64,000 nt of DNA from Terriglobia bacterium (GCA_963765715.1 CAVXXN010000004.1:342373-406372); one strand, 5' to 3'. Positions 1 to 10,252 are shown, counted from the first letter of the stretch. Translations and numbers: made by a program. The notes: a model not told the origin generated them from the sequence alone.

Positions 1-82
1 AACGTCGAAAACTTTTGCCTGACGTGCGAACGTCTAAAACCGTCCCTGGTCGAACAATGGAACGGAAGGAAGTGAGGACACG

Positions 83-793
83 ATGCGCGAAATGATTGTG
101 AACGAACTGACTCAGGCCACGCAGGAACTCATCCGCGAATTCGCGCGCTTCCTGCCCCGCCTCATGGCGATGCTGGTGGTCGTGCTTCTGGGCTGGCTCA
201 TCGCTTACATCCTCAAGTGGACCCTGCGCAGTATCCTGCGCCTGGTAAAGTTCGATAAACTTTCCGAAGGCGCCGGCGCCACTCAACTTCTCAACAAGGC
301 CGCGCTTCCATCTTCCACCGAACTGGTCAGCCGCTTTGCCTTCTGGATCGCGTGGCTCGGCTTCGTACTCCTTGGTATCAGCGCCCTCGGCATTCTGGGG
401 ATGCAGGAATACGTCACCCGCTTTTTCATCTTCCTGCCACGCCTGATCGTTGCCCTGTTCTTCCTTTTCTTCGGACTGCTTGCCGCCAGCTTCTTCTCTC
501 GCGCTGCGCTCCTGTGGGCCGTCAACACCGACATGCCGTCGCCGCGCCTCCTCAGCTCCTCGGTGCGCATCATGATCACTATTTTCACCGCGTCCGCGGT
601 TTTTGAGGAACTGGGACTCGCCGACTCCACCATGCTCCTGGCCTTCGCCATCGTCATGGGAGCGGTAATGCTGGGCCTGGCCATCGCCTTCGGTTTAGGA
701 GGCCAGGATCTAGCCAGAAGGTTCCTGGAATCGCGCTTCGCGAAAGAACAAAAAGAAAACAAAGAAGGTGAAGACGAACTCTCCCCACTCTAG
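83..793 (+). CDS. integral membrane protein with conserved-TM-helix repeats (mechanosensitive-channel-related type)
   Basis: 236-aa ORF with ATG at 83. Several hydrophobic helices with small-residue-rich segments (LGLAIAFGLGGQD) and a charged KEQKENKEGEDE tail. Family assignment is from memory only. Confidence 0.55.
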   Translation: MREMIVNELTQATQELIREFARFLPRLMAMLVVVLLGWLIAYILKWTLRSILRLVKFDKLSEGAGATQLLNKAALPSSTELVSRFAFWIAWLGFVLLGISALGILGMQEYVTRFFIFLPRLIVALFFLFFGLLAASFFSRAALLWAVNTDMPSPRLLSSSVRIMITIFTASAVFEELGLADSTMLLAFAIVMGAVMLGLAIAFGLGGQDLARRFLESRFAKEQKENKEGEDELSPL

Positions 794-820
794 AACCAAG
801 CCGTCGGAGCTATACACACC

Positions 821-859
821 AACTGTCATCCCGAGCGAAGTCGAGGGACCTTGCTGTTG
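821..859 (+). repeat. REP-A interspersed repeat (aactgtcatcccgagcgaagtcgagggaccttgctgttg)
   Basis: Near-identical copies at 917-955, 2408-2446 and 4649-4687. Translates to the VIPSEVEGP peptide seen in spurious ORFs. Confidence 0.85.
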
Positions 860-916
860 CGGTCACGAAACATGCAGTCCCAGACGGAGTCGTGCCGACT
901 GTGATTCCAAACGTCC

Positions 917-955
917 AACTGTCATCCCGAGCGAAGTCGAGGGACCTTGCGTTTA
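917..955 (+). repeat. REP-A interspersed repeat, second copy
   Basis: caactgtcatcccgagcgaagtcgagggaccttgcgttt, starting 96 nt downstream of the start of the first copy. Confidence 0.85.
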
Positions 956-1059
956 GGTCAAGCAGTAATCAGGGCGATTGCCTAAAGGCGTGGCGACGGC
1001 GCTCACATAATGGGCAATACCGCTCAGTAATGCACTTCCCATGCGCCTACCATGGTGTC

Positions 1060-1287
1060 ATGAGAAAAAAGGGTTCTACAAACGACAGCACAACCACGCG
1101 GGTTGTGGAGGGATGGCTAAATGCTCTGTCCGGCATGCCGCCGCAGGTCTGTCTTCATTGTGGCAAGCAGATGACGCAAAAGTTCGCCACATTTTTCTTG
1201 CCGGGAAACGAAAAATCGTGGACGATGCCGCTGCCGATCTGTGCAAATTGCGATCCAGCAGTGGGACCGATAGTAGCGGCAGCCTAA
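1060..1287 (+). CDS. small hypothetical protein with CxxC...CxxC zinc-ribbon-like pattern
   Basis: Internal ATG at 1060 of ORF 892-1287; the upstream part of that ORF is REP translation. Contains CLHCGK and CANCDP pairs. No homology recognised. Confidence 0.3.
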   Translation: MRKKGSTNDSTTTRVVEGWLNALSGMPPQVCLHCGKQMTQKFATFFLPGNEKSWTMPLPICANCDPAVGPIVAAA

Positions 1288-1420
1288 GACGTGCTGTCAC
1301 TCTAAATTAGCAATGCCAATGCCGCAGATCTTTAACAGGTAAAACTCGCCTCAACTTAGACCCCAAAAAATCTGCTCACAGAACACTGCCCACCGACCGC
1401 TGCTTTTGTATACTTTCCCC

Positions 1421-2206
1421 ATGACCCTCATCGATAAATATCCCGTCCACTCTTTTTGCTGGCTCGAACTGGCCACCACGGATCAGGGCGCTGCCAAGAA
1501 GTTTTATAGCAATCTTTTCGGATGGTCTCCCGCCGACATGACCATGGGGCCCGGCGAGGTCTACACCATGTTCAACATCGGAGACCGCGGCGCCGGCACT
1601 GCCGCGTACACCCTGCGCAAGGACCAGCAGGCGCATGGCGTTCCCCCGCACTGGGGCATTTATATCGCGGTGGAGAACGCAGACTTGTCCGCGAAGCGCG
1701 CTGCCGAACTGGGCGGCAAGATCATCGCGCCCCCGTTCGACGTTTTCGATGCTGGCCGCATGGCGGTTGTACAGGACCCGGCCGGGGCCACGTTCTCATT
1801 GTGGCAAGCCAAGCAGAAAGCCAACGCGGTGACTGCGGTCGACGGCACTCTCTGCTGGGCCGACCTGAACACGTCCGATCCCGACAAGGCGACGAAATTC
1901 TATTCCAGTCTTTTCGGATGGAAATTCGAGAAAGCGGAGCGCGATTCCTCAGGCTACCTGCACATCAAAAATGGCGACCAATTTATAGGAGGCGCCCCGC
2001 CAGCCCAGCATCGTCCGCCAGGCCCTTCGCACTGGCTGCCATACATTCAGGTCTCGGACTGCGACGCCACCGCCGCGAAAGCCAGGCAATCCGGCGCGAA
2101 GTTCCATCTCGAACCCATGACCATGGAAGGTGTAGGCCGCTTCGCAATAATTGCCGATCCGCAAAGCGCAGTCTTCGCAATCTTCCAGCCATTACCGAGA
2201 AAGTAA
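1421..2206 (+). CDS. VOC family protein (two glyoxalase/bleomycin-resistance-like domains)
   Basis: Two tandem modules, each with the F.W.EL...D...A..FY..LFGW pattern, plus HW..YI.V.D and GG.I..P....GR.A...DP.GA.F.LWQ blocks. Confidence 0.85.
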   Translation: MTLIDKYPVHSFCWLELATTDQGAAKKFYSNLFGWSPADMTMGPGEVYTMFNIGDRGAGTAAYTLRKDQQAHGVPPHWGIYIAVENADLSAKRAAELGGKIIAPPFDVFDAGRMAVVQDPAGATFSLWQAKQKANAVTAVDGTLCWADLNTSDPDKATKFYSSLFGWKFEKAERDSSGYLHIKNGDQFIGGAPPAQHRPPGPSHWLPYIQVSDCDATAAKARQSGAKFHLEPMTMEGVGRFAIIADPQSAVFAIFQPLPRK

Positions 2207-2531
2207 AACCACCAGAGCTCGTGTCGGGACGGTCTACGACCCGTCCAGGCCGGGCAAACCTCGGCAGCGTTTTTGATGGAGGGCGTCGCTCGGCAGGGTG
2301 CCGGGCCCCCGTCCAAGTTAAGCTTGGACGGGAGGTTAAAACCTGACCACGCCAACAGTTCAGCTGCTTTGCGAAGGGTAGTAGCGGGACGCCACCACCT
2401 TCCACTCAACTGTCATTCCGAGCGGAGTCGAGGGACCTGCTGTTTTCTAAGACACACACTTGAAGATGCCCCGTCCAAGTTAGCTTGGACGGGGCTTTTA
2501 ACGTGCCAGCGCAGTCCTTTCGAGTAGTCTG
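2207..2531. repeat. repeat-dense intergenic region (REP-B hairpins plus one REP-A)
   Basis: Hairpin gggacgg-N7-cccgtcc at 2226-2246. ccgtccaagtta(a)gcttggacgg palindromes near 2308-2335 and 2469-2495. REP-A at 2408-2446. Confidence 0.8.
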
Positions 2532-3532
2532 TTACGCGGCCACCTTACCCGCACCCCGAGCCTTGTGCGGTGCGCCCACATAGGGGAATTCCGCGAGCAG
2601 GTCTTTGTGTGGTCCAACCTTGTCGTCGGTCACCTTTCCGTTCGTGAGGATAGGAAGGAAGAAATTACGACATCGTCGGTGAGTGCCCGGCCATTGTTCG
2701 GGAACACCGCCGGCCGCGTGGAATCATACTTGGAGGACGTCCGGCAGCAGAGTCCCGGCGGCGCGGGTTGCTTCTGCCGGCGTATATCCACCGGTATGCT
2801 CCAGCGCATGCGCGAAGACGGGGACGAACTGGGCATCGTCCTTCGGCTCCGCACCAAGGTAGGCGGCGTTCGCCTCGCCCGCAAGAAAGGGCGTTTGTTG
2901 TGGACGCGCACCGCGATCCGCCTGAACCCATTTCCCGCTCGAGCCGTCCAGGGTGCGAACCCATATGCCGATCTTTTTAGTACCGAAGGCAGAGTTGGGC
3001 ACTTCCAGCACGATGCTGCACACGTCCGCGTCGACGAAGCCATCCTCCCCGGTAAATTGCAGGTTGTTCAGGGCGCCACCTACGTCGAAGAAAAAGGGAT
3101 CGCTGCGCCAGCCGGCGAAGAAGCGGTGATCACCAGCCTCTGTTACCCGTGTCTCCTTCCCAGTCGAGACCGGCACGCCCTCAATCATCACCTGCCCGTC
3201 GTCACCTGTTCCAGCGGCCGCCGCGCCCTCAACCCGGCGAAGCGTCGCCGTCTGACGTCCCGTCCTTAGCGGAGGTGAATCGCACCCGGTATGCGATATC
3301 TGCGACGTTATCGCCGTTCGTATCGATCTTGAGTTCATAAATCGCGTCAGGCGAAAAGGCGTCAGCGCTGGTGGGTCCCGGCGGGTTGGCGCCGACGCGA
3401 CGGATGAAAGTTCATAATCAGGATCGTCTTGCTGGCATCCCCAGGCTTCGGGAAAGCGTAGAGATCGGTAAAGTCCAGGCGGGCGTCCCCGTGGGGAAAC
3501 CCAAATTCGGGGCCGGAGTAATGATGGGACAT
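2532..3532 (-). pseudogene. DUF4331 family protein, multiply frameshifted
   Basis: N-terminus MSHHYSGPEFGFPHGDARLDFTDLYAF, preceded by ggagaag. Continues through at least 4 frame changes: AIYELKIDTNGDNVADIAYRV, then FFAGWRSDPFFFD...LLPDVL, then FPNNGRALTDDVV, then ILTNGKVTDDKVGPHKDLLAEFPYVGAPH, with the stop at 2532-2534. Confidence 0.75.
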
Positions 3533-3605
3533 GGCTTCTCCTCTGTGGTTTCTAGGTGAGATTGAGTTTACAAACAGAATTTCAGCAGGATGTCTGACTC
3601 GAAAA

Positions 3606-4010
3606 TTATACGCCCGGCGCCGCACCTTCGCACTTGCGGAGACTCACCTGGCGGCCGTTTAGCCGATAGCGATAGTCCGTGTTAAACAATACAACCTGGC
3701 TGGCATCCATGTCGGTTGGCTCATCCACGATGATCTCGATCCACAAAGCAGCATAGTCTTCAACCGCAATGCCCATTCCTTCTTCCCGGCAAGTCAACAA
3801 ACGGGAGACTGTCGCGCGAATCTTCTTGGCAGGGGCGTCTTCGTAGAACAGTTCAATTCGATCACTAGGTTGGAGATCTTGCATTTCTACCTCCGCATTC
3901 CCCAAGGCAATCCCGTTATAAACGACTTGGATGTGCAGCCGCAAGATCAACCAGACGGATTGCCGCAAAAAAGGCAGTAACAGGTCGAGTCGGGTGCCAT
4001 TCAAAGCCAC
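3606..4010 (-). CDS. hypothetical protein
   Basis: 134-aa ORF directly downstream of 4014-4418 on the same strand. No recognised domain, and the start is uncertain. Confidence 0.4.
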   Translation of the reverse strand: MALNGTRLDLLLPFLRQSVWLILRLHIQVVYNGIALGNAEVEMQDLQPSDRIELFYEDAPAKKIRATVSRLLTCREEGMGIAVEDYAALWIEIIVDEPTDMDASQVVLFNTDYRYRLNGRQVSLRKCEGAAPGV

Positions 4011-4013
4011 CCC

Positions 4014-4418
4014 TTATTCAGGTTTCTTTTCGATTGACGGAGCGGCAGGCGCGCCCCCCACGCCATGGCCCTTCATCATGCCGGGCTGCATCGAGTCCAT
4101 GTTCTTTTGCAATCTGTCCATGTGGGCAATTACCGTCTCCCACAAATCCACATTGTCTCGCCAGCGTGAGAACTCGTTCGTATCCTTGATCGTGAAAAGG
4201 TTAGCCTTCATCTGAGCCAGCGACGACTTCATCTTCTCGATGTCGGCCCTCATGGCTTCCATCTCTTGTCTATGCATCTCCATCATTTTTTGACGTTGTT
4301 CGGCCCGCATCTGGTTTCCAGCGCCAGCGCCCGGAGATGCTTGTGCGGGTTTATCCTGCCCGAACATCGCAGGCGCCAGACCAATCATCAGGACGAGTAG
4401 GAAATCTCGAATCTTCAT
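4014..4418 (-). CDS. secreted hypothetical protein (coiled, Met/Gln/Lys-rich)
   Basis: N-terminal signal-like MKIRDFLLVLMIGLAPAMFGQ, followed by a charged helical M/E/K-rich body. Confidence 0.6.
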   Translation of the reverse strand: MKIRDFLLVLMIGLAPAMFGQDKPAQASPGAGAGNQMRAEQRQKMMEMHRQEMEAMRADIEKMKSSLAQMKANLFTIKDTNEFSRWRDNVDLWETVIAHMDRLQKNMDSMQPGMMKGHGVGGAPAAPSIEKKPE

Positions 4419-4648
4419 TGCAACTCCCTTTCCAGAGACATCGAATCCAATGAGTATAGGGCGGGTGAACGGACCGGCGGCGGGTGCCCCATCCTTTCAC
4501 GTACTTTGTGAAAGGGTGGGAAAGGGAATCGCCCCCAGCCTAGCTGCTCCGCCACGACCCACGTAGGGGCAGAACCTGTCCTGAGCGAAGTCGAAGGATG
4601 TCCCCATCTGCCCAGCCGAGCAAAGCTCGGCAAAACAAGCCATCTACG

Positions 4649-4687
4649 CACTGTCATCCCGAGCGAAGTCGAGGGACCTTGTGCTTT
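4649..4687 (+). repeat. REP-A interspersed repeat
   Basis: cactgtcatcccgagcgaagtcgagggaccttgtgcttt. A degenerate relative, cctgtcctgagcgaagtcgaaggatg, lies near 4575-4598. Confidence 0.85.
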
Positions 4688-4704
4688 CTCTTCCGGCCCG
4701 AGAC

Positions 4705-5035
4705 GGGTGGCCCATTCAAAGCCTGCCCTGAGCCTGTCGAAGGGCCCGCCTTTGGCTTGATGGGGCAGTTCATATTTCCCAACTTTGTCATCCCGACCGG
4801 AACAGATCATCGCGAATGCGATGATCTGCGGAGTGGAGGGATCTGCTGTTGTTTGTGAGCGACGGTGAAGGTCGACGGCGGTGGTAACAGCAGAATGTGA
4901 CGAAATGACTCTGCCCGCTGTGGTGAAAACGTGTCAGTCCCCATGGCATGAGGGCAATCTAGTTTGTTCTCGGGTCCAAGTCTGTGACTGTGAACATCCC
5001 CACTCAAGCCAAAACCGGGCTTGAGTGGGCCACCC
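4705..5035 (+). mobile_element. MITE-like element, copy 1 (331 bp, terminal inverted repeats)
   Basis: Starts gggtggcccattcaaagcc and ends ggcttgagtgggccaccc. Aligns along its length with 5719-6021. Carries an internal REP-A variant containing the palindrome gatcatcgcgaatgcgatgatc. Confidence 0.75.
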
Positions 5036-5063
5036 ACCGAAAGGTCTTTCGGGTTGATGTAGC

Positions 5064-5712
5064 ATGAGATCCAGAATGGAAATTCGAACCTATGCACGTG
5101 TTAGACCCTATCTATATCATCTGACCGATTGGTCAAACGTTGACCATATTATCCAGACGAATGAGCTTCTGTCGGCAGCGACTTGGATTGAACATGCTGC
5201 GCGTGAAGACTTGTTAACAATACGACGCCCTGTAGATGAACGACTAACTGTAAGCGATACTGTAATTCTCATTCGCGACCAAGCGCCTCTACATAGAGGA
5301 AACCTGTCGTTGCCGACTGGCTATACATTCGAGCAGTTCATCGAGAGCCTAAATCGAAGAATCTTTTTTTGGCCAGGCACTGATGCGGGTCCCATCATTA
5401 TGGTGTCCGCCACTTCGAGCGATATCGGTCGGAGCATCCTGCAATTTTAAAAATCGATTTTCAATCCTTAATTAATTCAAATCCTGCCGTCGAGCCGCGT
5501 TATTGCCGGTACAACTCAGGCTCCCCGCGATGTTCACATGGACAGAAGAGCCCCGTGGCCCAAAGACATTCCAGTCTGGAGATCAATTCGTCGGGACACC
5601 CAGTGCCGCTGTTGAGGTGACGTTCAGCGGCCCGCTTATACTGCCAGCAAATGTGAGAATCGGCAGGCTCCCTTCAGGTCCGTGGCGCCACCTCAACTCT
5701 CGCCTAAAGTAG
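5064..5712 (+). pseudogene. DUF7002-like protein, frameshifted (at least two -1 events)
   Basis: Frame 0 reads RPYLYHLTDWSNV...LIRDQAPL...LNRRIFFWPG. After about 5398 it reads YGVRHFERYRSEHPAILKIDFQSL...RYNSGSPR. After about 5555 it reads PRGPKTFQSGDQF...AVEVTF. About 40 percent GC in hand-counted stretches. Confidence 0.55.
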
Positions 5713-5718
5713 AACGGT

Positions 5719-6021
5719 GGGTGGCCCATTCAAGCCCTCTTTTGGATTGAGTGGGAGTCCATATTCCCCAACTCTGTCATCCCGACCGGAACAGATCGTC
5801 GCGAACGCCATGATCTGTGGAGTGGAGGGACCTGCTGTTGTGAGCGAGAGTGAAGGTCGACGGCGGTGATAACAGCAGAATGTGACGGAATGACTCTGCC
5901 CGCTGTGGCGAAAACACATCAGTCCCCATGGCGTGAGGACAATCTGGTTTGTTCGTCGGTCCGAGTCTGTGACGTGTGAACATCCCCACTCAAGCCAAAA
6001 CCGGGCTTGAATGGGCCACCC
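5719..6021 (+). mobile_element. MITE-like element, copy 2 (303 bp, perfect 18-nt terminal inverted repeats)
   Basis: Starts gggtggcccattcaagcc and ends ggcttgaatgggccaccc. Same orientation and internal blocks as copy 1. Confidence 0.75.
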
Positions 6022-6050
6022 GTGCATGAAAGAATTAACCTAGGATTTGA

Positions 6051-7478
6051 ATGAGTAGCGGCAAGAAAAAAATAGAGAGAATAGGAGATTGCACTTGGAA
6101 GCTTGGGCGCAATGACCCGTGCAGTTGTGGAAGCGGCCTAAAGTTCAAAAAATGTTGCTGGCCCGAAAATAATAAGTCCCGCCGATCCCCGAGTAATGTC
6201 GTCGAAAGATGGAAAAGCCTGGAAGGAAGCCCCACCAGAATTGCGCGAGAAGGCAATTCATGTGTTTGAAGAAAAAGGAGCGCAAGGAGCAGGAACGCGT
6301 CTGCACATTTTGGTCAAATAAGGCCGCAGTATTCAATGGTGCATCAAGGCCACCGAATGGTCACGGTGCGCAACAGAATCTACTATTCGGACAAATGGAA
6401 GTTCTTTCCCGATTTTCTCCGTGACTACGTGCCGCAGGTTCTTGGCCTTGAATGGTGCAAAGCAGAAGCAGCGAAGCCAGAAGCAGAGCGCCATCCAATC
6501 ATTACTTGGCGCGCGCAAGGAGTAGCGTACATCAACAATCAGCCAGCTCAACCTGATGGGAGCCGGGTGGCGCTGCCCTGTGGTGCATTGGCAGCATATA
6601 GTTGCTTCGCGTACGACCTTTACGTCGTCGCCGACAACGGCGGGCTTGATGACGAATTCCTACAACGGCTGAAGAATCGGGAACTGTTTCAGGGTGCACG
6701 CCATGAACTCTTCGCTGAAGCGACTTGCTATCGGGCGGGGTTCACAGTGCAACACGAAAACGAGAAAGATGGGAGCGCCCGCCACGCAGAATTTACCGTA
6801 AGGCACGCACCAACGGGCCAGCTTCTATCGGTCGAAGCGAAAAGTAGGCATCGCGCTGGTGTACTAGCGATGCAGGGTACGCCAGAAGATAGGCCGCAGT
6901 TACGGCTCACGCCCCTAATCAATGACGCAGTGGCGAAAAACCCAAACCACCCTCTCGTGATCTTTGTGGACGTTAATCTGCCGTTCAAATTGGCGGAAAG
7001 GGTGTTAGGGCGGCAGGCGGGAAACACAATATCTCGCCCCCTGCAGATCATGCTAGACAGAATTAAGAAGCAGCACAATGACGTGGATCCCTATTGCATG
7101 ATTATTTTCAGCAATCATCCGCATCACTACGCGGTTCGTGATTTAGACCCACAGCAGCATCTACTTTCCGTGGTGTCGCAAAAGCCAAGTGCGCACAAGC
7201 TTTCCTTGCGGAGCCTTTTCTTGGCTGCCGGATTGTACGGCAACATTCCGATGGGCTTTTCGTTGGACGAGGGCGACCCGCCGCCGCCCGCCGTGCCCGT
7301 TGTTTGGCCCAAGGTCCGTTATGACTTTCAAATGACCGAAACAGATGTTAGCGTGTTGCGTGAAGGGATGGCGGTACCCAAGAAATTTTTGACCACCGAC
7401 AAAGACCGTGCACAAGCACCCAGCGCGCTGCACGAGTTTTGGAAGATATTGGGTTATCACGTGCGGATGCTCACATGA
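6051..7478 (+). pseudogene. SEC-C motif protein with PD-(D/E)xK-like core, N-terminal region disrupted
   Basis: [20 protein letters not shown] metal-binding motif at the N-terminus. The reading appears to pass through frames 0, 1 ([20 protein letters not shown]), 2 (ERKEQERV) and back to 0 (GQIRPQYSMVHQGHRMVTVRNRIYYSDKW), followed by an intact 380 aa. Possible nuclease motif HAEFTV...LLSVEAKSR. Confidence 0.55.
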
Positions 7479-7597
7479 TTTGTGAGGCTATCGAAGAAGG
7501 CAAGTCTATATCCGCTGTTTACGCTACGAAGTAGCACAAGGGAATAAAAGATGACGCGGGTGGCCCGAGTGAAGCCTGGTCTTGGCTTGAGTGTGGC

Positions 7598-7720
7598 CGT
7601 TCCCCCGCTCCAATGTCCTGTCAAGCCCCCAAACCCACCCAATTCCCCCTAACTCCTTCTCCCCAAACACGCCATAGTTAGTACATCCATGTCCCATTCC
7701 CCCCACCCATCCTGCTATCC
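7598..7720. other. C-rich, G-poor tract (G-run rich on the minus strand)
   Basis: Hand count over 7601-7720 gives about 59 C and 9 G. The minus strand carries many GGG to GGGGGG runs. Confidence 0.7.
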
Positions 7721-7740
7721 TTAAAATAGAAGACCAAAGA

Positions 7741-7768
7741 AGGCGCAGCCCAAAAGCTGCGCCTTTTG
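7741..7768 (+). terminator. rho-independent terminator-like hairpin
   Basis: aggcgcagc-ccaaaa-gctgcgcct followed by tttt. Confidence 0.5.
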
Positions 7769-7820
7769 TATTAGGAGCACGGATATAGACAAATCAGGCC
7801 ACTCGAAATCAGGTTAAGTA

Positions 7821-8327
7821 ATGGATAAACCCAAAGCGCGCCCCCTTCCGCGACGTCCCGCCACTAACCAGCGCCATGCTCTGCCTCCCAAGCGCCGCGG
7901 AGAGATCGCGGAACTTGCGTTCATGCAGAAAGCCGTCAGCCTGGGCTTCGGCGTCGCCAAACCCTGGGGAGACAGCGACCGCTACGACTACATCCTCGAC
8001 GCCGGACGCCGCTTCTGGCGCGTGCAGGTCCGCTCCACCGCCTACGAAAGCCATCGCGGATACGCCGTCCATACCTACGTCTACGTGAAGCGCAAAATGG
8101 TCGCCCTCACCGCCGACGACATCGATTGCATCATCGCCTACATCGTCCCGCTCAATCTCTGGTACGTGCTCCCGGTCGAGTCTTTTTCGCCCTGCAAAAA
8201 TCTGTGGTTCTATCCCCACGGCAGCAAAAAAGGTTCCCGCTTCGAAACTTTCCGCGAAGCCTGGTGGCTCCTCGACCCCGAACTCAAAGAAATCCGGGAC
8301 GAGCCGTCCCAACCAAAGCCTGTGTAG
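7821..8327 (+). CDS. PD-(D/E)XK endonuclease (group I intron-associated endonuclease-like family)
   Basis: RRGEIAELAFMQKAVSLGFGVAKPWGDSDRYDYILD...FWRVQVRS matches the GE.AE......G..V..P.GD...YD.I.D....RVQVK pattern of that family (from memory). Confidence 0.65.
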   Translation: MDKPKARPLPRRPATNQRHALPPKRRGEIAELAFMQKAVSLGFGVAKPWGDSDRYDYILDAGRRFWRVQVRSTAYESHRGYAVHTYVYVKRKMVALTADDIDCIIAYIVPLNLWYVLPVESFSPCKNLWFYPHGSKKGSRFETFREAWWLLDPELKEIRDEPSQPKPV

Positions 8328-8500
8328 GGACGGGTCTCTGACCCGTCCAGGCCGAGCGAAAAGCTCGACAAGCCTTTGCTGTTGGATTCTTCCAGACCAA
8401 GCCCTCAGCCGAGCTTCGCTCGCCCCGACCGGGTCGCTTCGACTTCGCTCAAGGCAGGCTCCGATCCCAGTCCCACACAGTTCGTGTCACCACAAAAAGC

Positions 8501-8530
8501 AAAAGCCCCGCGCTTCCGCGCAGGGCTTTT
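8501..8530 (-). terminator. groEL terminator hairpin
   Basis: On the minus strand: aaaagccctgcgcg-gaag-cgcggggctttt followed by a T-rich run, 40 nt past the groEL stop. Confidence 0.6.
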
Positions 8531-8569
8531 GATCTAGATGAAAGCTGAGAGCTGATAGCTGACAGCTTC

Positions 8570-10252
<1,683 letters not shown>

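Noticed and set aside
821-955. Two 39-nt direct repeats 57 nt apart, which could mimic a minimal CRISPR array.
   Set aside because: There are only two units. The same unit is dispersed elsewhere as single copies, and there are no cas genes or leader.
768-956. ORFs 768-956, 2273-2527 and 4598-4858, which encode VIPSEVEGP / ERSRGTCCF-type peptides.
   Set aside because: They are translations of REP-A and REP-B repeats. The same DNA units recur in non-coding contexts and in both orientations.
4807-6027. Paired minus-strand ORFs 4807-5097 and 5704-6027 that share the peptide CPHAMGTD.FSPQRAESFRHILLL.PPSTFT.
   Set aside because: The similarity simply reflects the duplicated MITE-like DNA. A 4-nt indel between the copies breaks the frame, so they are not conserved coding sequence.
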